A stretch of 37,316 nt of DNA from contig JBGCDR010000092.1 in the NCBI GenBank assembly GCA_045105515.1, positions 1 to 37,316 on the forward strand. Direction: 5' to 3'. A program made the position numbers and the translations under genes. The notes beneath the pieces are model-generated. The model worked only from the letters and a program-made list of their open reading frames with translations, had not been told where the DNA came from and did not search any database. This document shows positions 28,848 through 37,316 of the stretch, piece after piece. How positions within the stretch are numbered: position 1 is the stretch's first letter; each line of letters opens with the position of its first letter. The DNA comes from Oligoflexales bacterium (GTDB lineage: Bacteria; Bdellovibrionota_B; Oligoflexia; Oligoflexales; Bog-1112).

Positions 28848-29218
28848 TTGCTATCAGGCGGTTTAACCACCTGGACAATCCTTCTTGGGTTTACAACCTT
28901 AAAATAGGTAAATGGAGCTAATCCTAATTCTTCGAAGCTGAACTTTATTTTAATCCCATAGGGATGGTAAGCCTTGCAATAATCAGGTTTTAATCGTAGC
29001 AAACGTAACAATACAGGATTTTTTACCCGCAATACTTCGACTTTAAAGTCTTCCTTTTCCGTGCAACCACCTGTATAAACTTGAAACACTGGCCCTTGCT
29101 TGGTCATTTCAACTCCAAATATATGATCTTCCACAGGGGGTTGAGAAAAGCCTACTGCTTCATTATTTAAAAAGCATAAAAACACTACAAGAATAGTCAA
29201 TGATACTGGTCTAATCAT
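28844..29218 (-). CDS. Secreted hypothetical protein (GGCT...KPDYC)
   Basis: AAGGAG SD before ATG 29218; signal peptide; two Cys in the mature part. Confidence 0.7.
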   Translation of the reverse strand: MIRPVSLTILVVFLCFLNNEAVGFSQPPVEDHIFGVEMTKQGPVFQVYTGGCTEKEDFKVEVLRVKNPVLLRLLRLKPDYCKAYHPYGIKIKFSFEELGLAPFTYFKVVNPRRIVQVVKPPDSN

Positions 29219-29310
29219 AACCGGCCACTCCTTTGATAGATAAGATTTAACGTATTGATATAGCACAGGGAAACGTTAAAGGAAAGGTGGCAACGGCCGT
29301 AAATTTGACT

Positions 29311-29343
29311 AAAAAAAACGAAGGCATCACTGGGATCCTTCGT
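29311..29343 (-). terminator. Intrinsic terminator
   Basis: Stem ACGAAGG/CCTTCGT followed by a run of T on the minus strand. Confidence 0.75.
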
Positions 29344-29393
29344 CTCAATCTTGGATTCTATGTAGTTCAGCAACTGAGAACCCCGTAAATTTA

Positions 29394-30395
29394 CTACTGG
29401 GCTCTATCAACACAAGTGATCGTTCGTTGATCATTCGTATTTTGACCATTATGGTCATAAAATAGTTGGTCATCTCTACCAGCTTCACCGCAAAAATCCT
29501 GAGCGGGAACATAGGATTCTCCCTCTGGGATAGCATCACCTTGATGATAACCGCCGGCCATATGTATTCTGAGAGTCTCATTGGGATCCATATTAGTGAA
29601 ACTAATCGTAGTCCCATCTTTAACGTTAATATTGTCACCAGCTGCTAAAACTTGACCACCACTTGAAAAAACATTATTGCCACTGCGGACCTCAGTTACT
29701 TCAATATCTATTCTTTGCTCTACAGTAAAGTTTAAAGGCAACTCAATAGGCTCCTGCCCAGTTGGAGTAGCTACTAATGTAAATGACTGTGCGCCAACAG
29801 CTGGATTTTTACCAGTAATGGTAACGTTTATGTTGAGCATCTTAACCTCACCAGCAGCAGCAAAAGAAAGAGTCGGTAGTGCTGGTGCAATAGTAATATC
29901 TCCAGCTAAGTCCACCAAGTCTAAAGCACTTCTTTCGATCGTAAATACTGCAGTGCCTGCTCCTGCTGAAGTTACAGGCACTGAAATCATATTTTGACTT
30001 AATAAGTTAAAGTTTTGGGGAGCTGCTGGTGCCTGTAATGCGACCAAAGGACCTGCAAGAACCTCCTCTTCCTCTTCCTCAACAATATCCTCTTTCATTT
30101 CTTCTTCTTCTACCGGAGGAAGGTTGCTTTCATTTTCCTTATTTTTTTCATCGATCACAGGAGTATTATCAGCTTTAGTATTATCCTCAGTGCTAGTATT
30201 TTTATTTACTCTAACCCTAGTCTTCGAAGCTTCTGCATCTTCGCTTTTATCTTTTGTTTTTGGTAGATGAGCATTTTCATCTTCTACTGCAACTTTCTGA
30301 GTTTTCGTTTTTTCAGCTGAAGGCTGGACCGCACATGCACCGAAAACCCCTGCTATTACTATCGCTAGTAATCTCTTTAGTACTAACATAGACAC
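29394..30395 (-). CDS. Lipoprotein with acidic linker, beta-rich middle domain and C-terminal cupredoxin-like domain
   Basis: AGGAGAGG SD; lipobox FGAC; INVKDGTTISFTNMD...IH...H...C...FYDH. Confidence 0.7.
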   Translation of the reverse strand: MSMLVLKRLLAIVIAGVFGACAVQPSAEKTKTQKVAVEDENAHLPKTKDKSEDAEASKTRVRVNKNTSTEDNTKADNTPVIDEKNKENESNLPPVEEEEMKEDIVEEEEEEVLAGPLVALQAPAAPQNFNLLSQNMISVPVTSAGAGTAVFTIERSALDLVDLAGDITIAPALPTLSFAAAGEVKMLNINVTITGKNPAVGAQSFTLVATPTGQEPIELPLNFTVEQRIDIEVTEVRSGNNVFSSGGQVLAAGDNINVKDGTTISFTNMDPNETLRIHMAGGYHQGDAIPEGESYVPAQDFCGEAGRDDQLFYDHNGQNTNDQRTITCVDRAQ

Positions 30396-30709
30396 AACCT
30401 CTCCTAAGTGTCCATCACTACGGATGTATAGTTCTGTATTCTTTGTCTTTTGCGATTAAGGCAAAACACCCTACAAAGAACCTATCGTTATTTTTCAATA
30501 GAATCTTTAAAGAAAAAAATAAGTCCAAAATAGATCATTTATTACCATGTGTTACGGAAAGCGTTCGAATAGTACTAAAATATTACTCTTGCGATTAGGA
30601 GTCGACAGTCCGGATTTTTTTTAAAGAATACAAAGGAAAACTATCGAAGAGGGCTCTAAGTAAGTAAAGGCATCCCCAAGCGGTAAGCTTCTATTTATTC
30701 AAGTAGTAC

Positions 30710-30734
30710 AGTCCCTCGATAATTGGGACTTTTC
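30710..30734. terminator. Hairpin just after the Usp stop codon
   Basis: AGTCCC-N9-GGGACT, followed by TTT on the plus strand; the U-tract on the Usp (minus) strand is weak. Confidence 0.4.
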
Positions 30735-30737
30735 TAC

Positions 30738-31166
30738 TCAGACCTTTATTGCAAGGACATCACAATCAACATGCTTGATCAAACTTGCTGCAGTATCTTG
30801 CATAAACAAAGACTTAATGCCATGACGCCCATGATTTCCCATAACAATCAGGTCTGCTTTTATGTTTTTAGCAACTTCTACGATTATTTCAGCAATAGCC
30901 CCAACTTTTACAAATTGCCTGTCCTCAGGAATCTCCAAATCTTTTGCAAGATTGTTTACCTTTTCCTTAGCTTCTGCTTCATGCTCTTCTATACAATCAA
31001 GCAAACGTTGAGCTGACATTCCATAGTTGGTCACTGGCTCAACAACATGCACCAAACTTAGACGCGCCTTATTCTCTCGCATAAATGCAAGAGCTCTCTC
31101 AGAGACCTGATTATCATCCTTAGGATTCAGATCGAAGGCAAGAAGGATATTTTTATACTTTTCCAT
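30738..31166 (-). CDS. Universal stress protein
   Basis: YKNILLAFD, LSLVHVV, ADLIVMGNHGRHG, CDVLAIK; 142 aa. Confidence 0.92.
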   Translation of the reverse strand: MEKYKNILLAFDLNPKDDNQVSERALAFMRENKARLSLVHVVEPVTNYGMSAQRLLDCIEEHEAEAKEKVNNLAKDLEIPEDRQFVKVGAIAEIIVEVAKNIKADLIVMGNHGRHGIKSLFMQDTAASLIKHVDCDVLAIKV

Positions 31167-31406
31167 AACAAAACCCCACGACAGAAAGTACCAATGTTAA
31201 CTCAGAAGCCATTTAAGTGTTTAAAATATCACCAGTCTACTAACCAAGAGTTTAATGATAATGCACTCAACTATGTATAGCTCAGACTTAGGAAAGCTCA
31301 AAACCTACAAAACACGTAGTAAATAGTTAGTAGCTATTCGTTAAAGGTCATTAAATTTAAAGCACATGGTCCGAAGGGACATCAGAGCATCTCCCTCATT
31401 TCACAT

Positions 31407-31461
31407 ATTTGCCATCATCCCCAAAGCGTTTCTATGAAAGGCTTTGGGGATGATGGCAAAT
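31407..31461. repeat. Perfect 21-bp inverted repeat
   Basis: ATTTGCCATCATCCCCAAAGC (31407-31427) and GCTTTGGGGATGATGGCAAAT (31441-31461), with a 13-nt spacer. Confidence 0.95.
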
Positions 31462-31540
31462 GAAAATTTTAGATTAGGGAATAAACGAGTTAAGAATCAA
31501 ACTGCCTGAAAAAGGTTTTTTAAAAAATAAAAACATGAAC

Positions 31541-31957
31541 TTAGGAATCATAGCTCAGAGATTTTCGACGAGATTTCGTCTCAGAACGCTGCTTTTTCTC
31601 CCTTAGTCTTCGTTCTTTGGCTGCCTTGCTAGGCTTAGTTTTCTTGCGAGGCTTGGGTGGGGTTTTAACCTCTTCAAGCATAGCAACGAGTTTATCGAGA
31701 GCATCTTGTTTATTTTTAAGCTGGTCTCGATACCGGGAGCTCGTGACTAATACCTCCCCATCTTGGTTGATCCTTCTAGACCAACGATCTAGAAATCTTT
31801 GACGCAAAGCTTCAGAAATACTTGGAGAATCTTCAACATTCCATCGTAAAACAGCTTTGCTATTTACTTTGTTGACATTTTGGCCTCCAGCCCCTGGGCT
31901 TCTTACAAAGTCAAACTGAAACTCTTTTGGTGAAATGAAAATTGAACCGACTTTCAT
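31541..31957 (-). CDS. arfB: Alternative ribosome rescue peptidyl-tRNA hydrolase ArfB (YaeJ)
   Basis: RSPGAGGQNVNKV (GGQ motif), RDQLKNK and basic tail PRKKTKPSKAAKERRL; start taken as ATG 31957. Confidence 0.93.
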   Translation of the reverse strand: MKVGSIFISPKEFQFDFVRSPGAGGQNVNKVNSKAVLRWNVEDSPSISEALRQRFLDRWSRRINQDGEVLVTSSRYRDQLKNKQDALDKLVAMLEEVKTPPKPRKKTKPSKAAKERRLREKKQRSETKSRRKSLSYDS

Positions 31958-32068
31958 TTTTACTTTCTTCCTTTGGGAATGTGATCTCTTTACCATTATG
32001 TATATCGTCATAAAGCATCAAGAGCTTGCTCCCTATCGATAGTCCACTAATTTTAATGATAAAAAAAA

Positions 32069-32956
32069 CTAGAAAGTACGATGAAGTAAAGATTGAGCGA
32101 AATGCTTGAGAACTTCATGGTCACCGGGCCACCTATAAAGCAATTCCATAGCATCATTAGTGAGCTGCTGGGCAAATGCCTGTGCTTGCTCATAGTTCAT
32201 AGTTTGTAAGAAGGTAAGCTTTCCTTGTTCCTTATCTTTACCTGGCGATTTGCCAGTGCCCGAGCGCCCATCAAGTAAGTCATCAATAACTTGAAAAGCC
32301 AAACCAATTTTGCTTCCAAATAGAGCAGCTAGCCTTGACTGTTCTTTATTAGCTCCAGCAGCAATGCTTCCCATTTTACATGCAGCTGCAATCAAATCTC
32401 CTGTCTTTCTTTGATGGAGCTGATTTAAATCTGCTACTTCATAACCTTGTTTGTTTGTCCATATGAGGTCAAGCATCTGCCCTTGAACCATACCGCGTGA
32501 ACCAACAGCAAAGGACAACACCTGAATCATCTGCATTCGTTTGCTTAATTCTAAGCTGCACAAGTCTTCTTGACACAACCCACCCGACAAGAGAGCCCAA
32601 GCATCTGACAATAATGCATCACCTACCAATAAAGCAGTAGCATCATCATACTTAACATGTACCGTTGGCCTACCCCTACGCAAATCGTCATCATCAAAGA
32701 TAGGAAGATCATCATGCACGAGGCTATAAGTATGAATCATTTCCAGTGCAAATGCTGGAATGAACAACTGATGCTTAGAAAGATCTTGACCTAGACTCTG
32801 GGCAAACATCATAAAGAGCAAAGGCCTCGCACGTTTGCCAGAGCCTTCCAAGGCATATTGACAAGCAGCAGACAAGTGCCCACTATCACCGTAATGGGTC
32901 GTAATAAAATCTCCCCAATGGAATTCAAAGAAATCCCGTAAGCTACTTATTGACAT
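32069..32956 (-). CDS. ispA: Short-chain polyprenyl (farnesyl/geranylgeranyl) diphosphate synthase
   Basis: GKRARP; first Asp-rich motif YSLVHDDLPIFDDDDLRRG; KTG; second motif FQVIDDLLD. Confidence 0.88.
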   Translation of the reverse strand: MSISSLRDFFEFHWGDFITTHYGDSGHLSAACQYALEGSGKRARPLLFMMFAQSLGQDLSKHQLFIPAFALEMIHTYSLVHDDLPIFDDDDLRRGRPTVHVKYDDATALLVGDALLSDAWALLSGGLCQEDLCSLELSKRMQMIQVLSFAVGSRGMVQGQMLDLIWTNKQGYEVADLNQLHQRKTGDLIAAACKMGSIAAGANKEQSRLAALFGSKIGLAFQVIDDLLDGRSGTGKSPGKDKEQGKLTFLQTMNYEQAQAFAQQLTNDAMELLYRWPGDHEVLKHFAQSLLHRTF

Positions 32957-33014
32957 CTCTCCTCCATAACATCTTCCAAACTACCCCACACCCATTATGA
33001 GTAGACAAAAATCC

Positions 33015-34037
33015 TCAAATAGAGCGAGTTAAAACTGGTCCACTACCTACTTGGTCCACCAAAAATTCAAGATTTGGAAAACTTTTCTTAATTTCCATAT
33101 GCAGCAGGTTACAATCCTTTTGTTCGCAAATCACGTGTATATTTGGTCCTGCATCAATGGTGAAATAAGCCGTAATTCCTCTATCCCTCCTAAGCTCACG
33201 TAGCCAAGTTAAAAACTGTGTGCTCTGAGTCGAGAGGTAACACGTGGAAGGGTTAGCCGTCATCATGACAGCATGCATCTCTAGTGCCTCCTGTTCAAGC
33301 AGAGGCCCAAGAGTCTTAAGATCCTTGTCCCGCAAAGCAGATATCATCTGCTGTTCCTTTTCTCTTAATCCTGCAAGCCTTGGCTCAAACAAAGGGCTTG
33401 ACCAAGCATCTAAATGGGCCTTAGAAGATGGTACTGCTTTTTCTCTAGCCGAGAATAAGACAATGGTATCTGCGAGATGCCAGTGTTTATCTGTAAACAG
33501 AGGCACCAACTCTTGCTGACCACTTGTTTTACCAGCTTTCCAACTGACATAGCCTCCCCAGAAGCTCCTACAGGAACTGCCCGACCCAAGCCTTGCTAGA
33601 GCAGCTATGCGGCTACGAGAAAAACCGATTTTTTCAAGGGTATCAAGAGAATCAGCCTGAAGCCAGGCAGCAATTGCAGCAATTGTCAAAGCTCCAAAAC
33701 CACTTGCGCTACTAGCAATACCGCAACCAGTGGGAAAAGAGTTGTTTGTTTCAACATACAAACATGCTTGGGTACCAAGTTGCTCCGATAAAAATCCTAA
33801 GTGGGGATAAGCTTTTTTACCAAAATCGCTATCCCTTTTTATATACTTTCCAGAAAAATAAATCTGGTGCTCATTAGAATCTGTAATAACACGTGCGTAA
33901 GTGCTAGTGACACTATGGGCAAGACTCATTGACAGCGAATCATTTGCAGGCCACTGGGTTTTTGCTTCACGCTTCCCCCAGTATTTAAGAAAGGCAATAT
34001 TCGCCGGTACCACTGCCTTATAAGGTAAAAAACTCAT
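33015..34037 (-). CDS. mvaD: Diphosphomevalonate decarboxylase
   Basis: NIAFLKYWGK, GIASSASG, RLGSGSSCRS, TIDAGPN. Confidence 0.93.
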   Translation of the reverse strand: MSFLPYKAVVPANIAFLKYWGKREAKTQWPANDSLSMSLAHSVTSTYARVITDSNEHQIYFSGKYIKRDSDFGKKAYPHLGFLSEQLGTQACLYVETNNSFPTGCGIASSASGFGALTIAAIAAWLQADSLDTLEKIGFSRSRIAALARLGSGSSCRSFWGGYVSWKAGKTSGQQELVPLFTDKHWHLADTIVLFSAREKAVPSSKAHLDAWSSPLFEPRLAGLREKEQQMISALRDKDLKTLGPLLEQEALEMHAVMMTANPSTCYLSTQSTQFLTWLRELRRDRGITAYFTIDAGPNIHVICEQKDCNLLHMEIKKSFPNLEFLVDQVGSGPVLTRSI

Positions 34038-34055
34038 TGACTACACAGTTCTCCA

Positions 34056-35069
34056 CTATTCTAAAATTGCTCCATGACAAGGAAAATTTACATCCAATGC
34101 ATGCCAACCTAAAGATGCTAGCTTATCATGAGCTTCCCTAGTCTCAGATGGGAATCCAAATACAACGATCGCATCTTCCCCACCAGCTCCCGTCGTCTTA
34201 TAAGTAAACTTCTCATCAAAGCCTTTGCAGGTTTTTAAAGCATCCTCAAGGTATCGAGGAAAGCACGGCCCTGAAAGCAAAAACTGCCGTAATCTTGCAA
34301 TTTGGGCGATTGCGGCTGACATTGAACTTTCAGACTCCTGAACTAGAGCTTGTAAAAACCCTTTTCTTGCTGCATTCATCAGAGCGATAATCTCATTTTT
34401 GAGCTGGTTTTGCTCAATCCAAGTAAGGGTCTTACCACCAACACCTTTTGTTGGCGCACCTTTTCCACCTGAGTATACTTGGATGAAATTTGGCAGACTC
34501 TCAGCCTGGAAAGAGCTTATCGATGCCGGCCACTGGTCTGCTTTAAAGGCAAAGCTCATCAAGCCTCCTTGAAGCTGGCAGGCAATGTCATAGCCAGATG
34601 CAAAACCCTGATGATCTACCTGGTTCTCCCATGCGATCTGAGCACATTCCCAAAGCTCTGTTTGTTGAGTGTTTTCTATCGTCCCTAATCGTGGATTTGC
34701 CAGTTTAGCAACGGCAAGACATAAACCTAGGCTAAGAGCCGAAGAACTTCCAAGACCTGCAGTAATGTCCCAACCAGAACAAACCTTTAGCCTGAGTCCT
34801 GGAAGCGGGAAACGCTTAAGCAGGCGATTGAATAGCGGAAAGATGAAATGTCCTTGGACATAGGAAGGGGTTGGAATAGAGTTCCCTAAAATGACAGGTT
34901 CATCCCAAAGATCTGATTCAATAGTCACTAGCCCATCTTGAGTGAGCCTTGCCTCAACTTCCATGAAACTATTAAGGCAAAAAGCGAGGCATTCTTCACC
35001 CCATAGGACAGTATATTCACCAAATAACATAAGTTTGCCGGGAACCAAGACTCTGACTGCTTCACTCAT
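34056..35069 (-). CDS. GHMP kinase of the mevalonate pathway (probably phosphomevalonate kinase, possibly mevalonate kinase)
   Basis: PGKLMLFGEY, GLGSSSA, SGYDIA, KTTGAGG; located between fni and mvaD. Confidence 0.8.
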   Translation of the reverse strand: MSEAVRVLVPGKLMLFGEYTVLWGEECLAFCLNSFMEVEARLTQDGLVTIESDLWDEPVILGNSIPTPSYVQGHFIFPLFNRLLKRFPLPGLRLKVCSGWDITAGLGSSSALSLGLCLAVAKLANPRLGTIENTQQTELWECAQIAWENQVDHQGFASGYDIACQLQGGLMSFAFKADQWPASISSFQAESLPNFIQVYSGGKGAPTKGVGGKTLTWIEQNQLKNEIIALMNAARKGFLQALVQESESSMSAAIAQIARLRQFLLSGPCFPRYLEDALKTCKGFDEKFTYKTTGAGGEDAIVVFGFPSETREAHDKLASLGWHALDVNFPCHGAILE

Positions 35070-36474
35070 AAATTCGGCCCCTATTTTGAGCTTGCATCTG
35101 AATGAATTGCTTTAAAGATTCCTCACAGGGATTTGCCAAACAAAGTTTTTCCTGGAGATCTGTTAAGGTTCGAGAGCCGGTAGCTAGCATACAAACCTTG
35201 AGTTCATTTGCATAGTTTTCCAAAATTACTTCTGTTGCTGCTACTGAATTAAGAGCAGCTCTTAAAAGGGGCAAACCAACTCCCACCATATTTGCTCCAA
35301 GTGCACATGCCTTGGCGACAGTTAGACCATCTCGGATGCCACCTGTGGCAATCAAGGGAATTCCAAGTTTCTTGAGACTCAAGGCACTAAGAGAATATGC
35401 TGTGGGAATACCCCAGTCCCGATAACAATCGGCAAGGCGCTTTGTCTCAGCATTTTTGCTCCTTAAGCCTTCAATATACGGCCAAGAGGTACCACCCTTT
35501 CCACCTACGTCAATTGCGCAGACCCCTAAATTTACGAGGCGCGTTGCAGTGATGGGATCAACACCCGAACCAACCTCTTTGATCAGGACTGGAACCGGTA
35601 ATTTTCGGCATAGCTCACCTATGCTATGTAAGAGGCCACGAAAATTTCGATCTCCCTCCACCTGTACAAGCTCCTGCAAAACATTAATATGTATTGCTAG
35701 AACATTTGCTTGAACCATTTCCACTGCTCGTTTGCATCGCTCAAGTCCCTCAGATCCAATAATTTGAGCTGCTCCCAAATTACCAATCAGAAACAACTCT
35801 GGAAATTTGTCTTTAAGTTTAAAAATGGATTCGTGCTCAGGGTTTTCGAGAGCTATTCTTTGTGAGCCAATACCCATGGGTATATTGAATTTGACAGCTG
35901 TTTCAGCAAGGGTCTCATTGATCATAGCCCCTTTTTGAATACCCCCGGTCATTCCAGTAATTAAAATTGGAAGATCAAATTTATGCCCAAGGAACAGTGA
36001 GCTTGTATCACAATCCTCCCAATCCATTTCTGGTAAAGTCTGGGGCATAAAATTAAGCTGCGAAAATCCGGTAAACCGATCCAAAGATTCCACATCTTGC
36101 TTGTCGCAAAGATCAATATGCTGACTTTTCCGGAGCAAGCCAAGAAGGTCTGCCAACTGCAGTTTGCCCTCAATAGAGTTTATATGAACCAAATATTCAC
36201 TTGTTTGTTGGAGAGAAAATTCACCAAACAATGGGTGAGTTTTGTCCGGTAAAAAGGCTACCTCAAAAGACTCTGAAAAGCTCTGAGTATTTCCACGAGT
36301 ACACTGGTCCACAAGTAAATGTTCTTGGCTTATGGCAATAATATTACCTGTCCAATTTTCACCCGTTACTTGAACAGGTTCCATTAAGTTTACCCAACTT
36401 ATACTTTCCAAATCCATTTCACCTATATTTGAAAAAAGCCCAAGCTCCCTCACATTTAAGCCGAGATTATCCAT
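35062..36474 (-). CDS. fni: Type 2 (FMN-dependent) isopentenyl-diphosphate isomerase with an N-terminal extension of about 110 aa
   Basis: RKSQHI, ITGMTGG, GIGSQR, QELVQVEGD, KEVGSG, GGKGGTSW, DWGIPT, ATGGIR. Confidence 0.92.
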   Translation of the reverse strand: MDNLGLNVRELGLFSNIGEMDLESISWVNLMEPVQVTGENWTGNIIAISQEHLLVDQCTRGNTQSFSESFEVAFLPDKTHPLFGEFSLQQTSEYLVHINSIEGKLQLADLLGLLRKSQHIDLCDKQDVESLDRFTGFSQLNFMPQTLPEMDWEDCDTSSLFLGHKFDLPILITGMTGGIQKGAMINETLAETAVKFNIPMGIGSQRIALENPEHESIFKLKDKFPELFLIGNLGAAQIIGSEGLERCKRAVEMVQANVLAIHINVLQELVQVEGDRNFRGLLHSIGELCRKLPVPVLIKEVGSGVDPITATRLVNLGVCAIDVGGKGGTSWPYIEGLRSKNAETKRLADCYRDWGIPTAYSLSALSLKKLGIPLIATGGIRDGLTVAKACALGANMVGVGLPLLRAALNSVAATEVILENYANELKVCMLATGSRTLTDLQEKLCLANPCEESLKQFIQMQAQNRGRIYE

Positions 36475-36713
36475 TGCAACTTACGATCAATACGCTCATT
36501 ACCATAAAACAGTTGATTTCGCTATGATAATAAGGAAGTAAGCTTACAAACATTTGCAATTATGGTTAACATGCTATCTTTATGGATAAAAATGACAAAC
36601 AATCAAACATAGAACAAACATAAAAATAGTGGTGCTTTATTTTAAGTTCTGCTCGCAGACTCAGCTCTCATATTCCTACCTATCGGTTATATATAACATT
36701 GAAGGAGTCTTTA

Positions 36714-36994
36714 ATGGAACAGGCAAAACATGTGGTGACTGTGGGAGGAGGTTTTGGTGGAATCAATGCAGCAAAGTCTTTGGCAATGTTAAGAGCTTCA
36801 AAGTTACTCTCATTGATTCCCAAAAGAACTTTCAAGAAAAGAAGAAAGACTGTACTAGTAGATGGAAACGCCAACTAAAAGATCACCTTGAAGCCTATGT
36901 AATTGGAGATCTAGCTGCTTTTACAGCCCCCAAAGGGAAGGCTTTACTCGCAATTTCTCCTGATTATCTACAACGAAAATATCCCTCTACATAA
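36714..36994 (+). pseudogene. ndh: Decayed type II NADH dehydrogenase (Ndh-like FAD oxidoreductase) remnant
   Basis: AAGGAG SD and ATG 36714 give MEQAKHVVTVGGGFGGINAAKSL. A second frame gives KVTLID and, shortly after, QLKDHLEAYVIGDLAAF. Frameshifts and a large internal deletion are implied. Confidence 0.75.
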
Positions 36995-37316
36995 AAAAGA
37001 AGATATTGTGAGAGATTCTGGCTTAAGACGAGCATAAAAATATGCTAACTAAGAATTAAAAATAGCGGCACCATTTTTAAGATTAACTTGAAGCCTACAA
37101 TTATTATTCGAATCGAAAAAGATCTCTTTTTCTTGACCAGCTTCATACCAACCATAAGGTAATTTTACCAAGTGGTATTTAGTGTCTGGTCGGAAACTAA
37201 ATTCTTGCCTTTGCAACTCAGTTTTTTTTATCGCGGTTGAAATTAATTTTAAAAACTCTTCTTATTTTCCAGTGATAAGTGAAAAATACCATATTTTCGG
37301 CAATTAAATATCTTCG

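Noticed and set aside
30632..30734. c-di-GMP riboswitch or antiterminator (GGAAAACTATCGAA...TCGATA)
   Set aside because: The GEMM second stem and GCAAA elements are absent, and no credible plus-strand gene lies downstream.
31366..31392. SRP RNA or hammerhead ribozyme around GGTCCGAAGGGACATCAG
   Set aside because: Lacks the SRP CAGG...GGAA...AGCAG arrangement and the hammerhead CUGANGA...GAAA core.
31407..31957. arfA-style non-stop mRNA regulation of arfB by the hairpin
   Set aside because: The hairpin lies 80 nt beyond the stop codon, so cleavage or termination there would not remove the stop.
1031..36173. Short ORF-track entries overlapping long genes (for example 2228..2593, 11772..12098, 24719..25078, 29677..29997, 30723..31016)
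   Set aside because: These are antisense or alternate-frame shadows of well-supported genes, with no motifs of their own.
36629..36994. 121-aa ORF as an intact gene
   Set aside because: It is a mosaic frame carrying pieces of the ndh remnant; the SD points to ATG 36714 in another frame.
1..37316. CRISPR array, tRNA/rRNA, IS element, integrase or prophage
   Set aside because: No regularly spaced direct repeats, cloverleaf or rRNA motifs, or transposase/integrase/phage motifs were seen by eye.
37049..37316. Minus-strand open stretch (EEFLKLISTAIKKTELQ...AAIFNS) near an A8 tract
   Set aside because: Short, interrupted by stops upstream, no recognisable motif, and it cannot be assessed at the window edge.
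1..37316. Alternative genetic code (TAG readthrough), suggested by in-frame TAGs near 115 and 7420
   Set aside because: Conserved genes such as ctlX, ispA and the HAD phosphatase end at TAG at their expected lengths.

Overview
AT-rich bacterial chromosomal segment made mostly of housekeeping genes with interspersed secreted and lipoprotein genes. The mevalonate genes, the short Bacteroidota/Chlamydia-style ParE/ParC, AddAB and the secreted-protein types suggest a Bdellovibrionota/Oligoflexia-like host (inference only). Main blocks in order: a minus-strand pyc - CtlX-like amidino/ureido hydrolase - Fe(II)/2OG oxygenase cluster with a structured 5' leader; a stand-alone Cache-like sensor; a tandem pair of CheZ-like DxxxQ proteins; queF; a trypsin-like lipoprotein with three C-x19-C-x4-W repeats; tag; an AstE/AspA hydrolase; SRPBCC; a vWA lipoprotein; addB-addA divergent from parE-parC; a HAD phosphatase; secreted proteins; a Usp; arfB; a lower mevalonate operon (fni with an extra N-terminal domain, a GHMP kinase, mvaD, ispA); and a decayed ndh remnant. 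I saw no CRISPR array, rRNA, tRNA, transposase, integrase or recognisable defence system. The best leads for undescribed biology are the pyc-ctlX-oxygenase operon with its leader RNA, the orphan CheZ-like pair and the extended Fni. All family calls come from motif recognition by eye, not from database searches.
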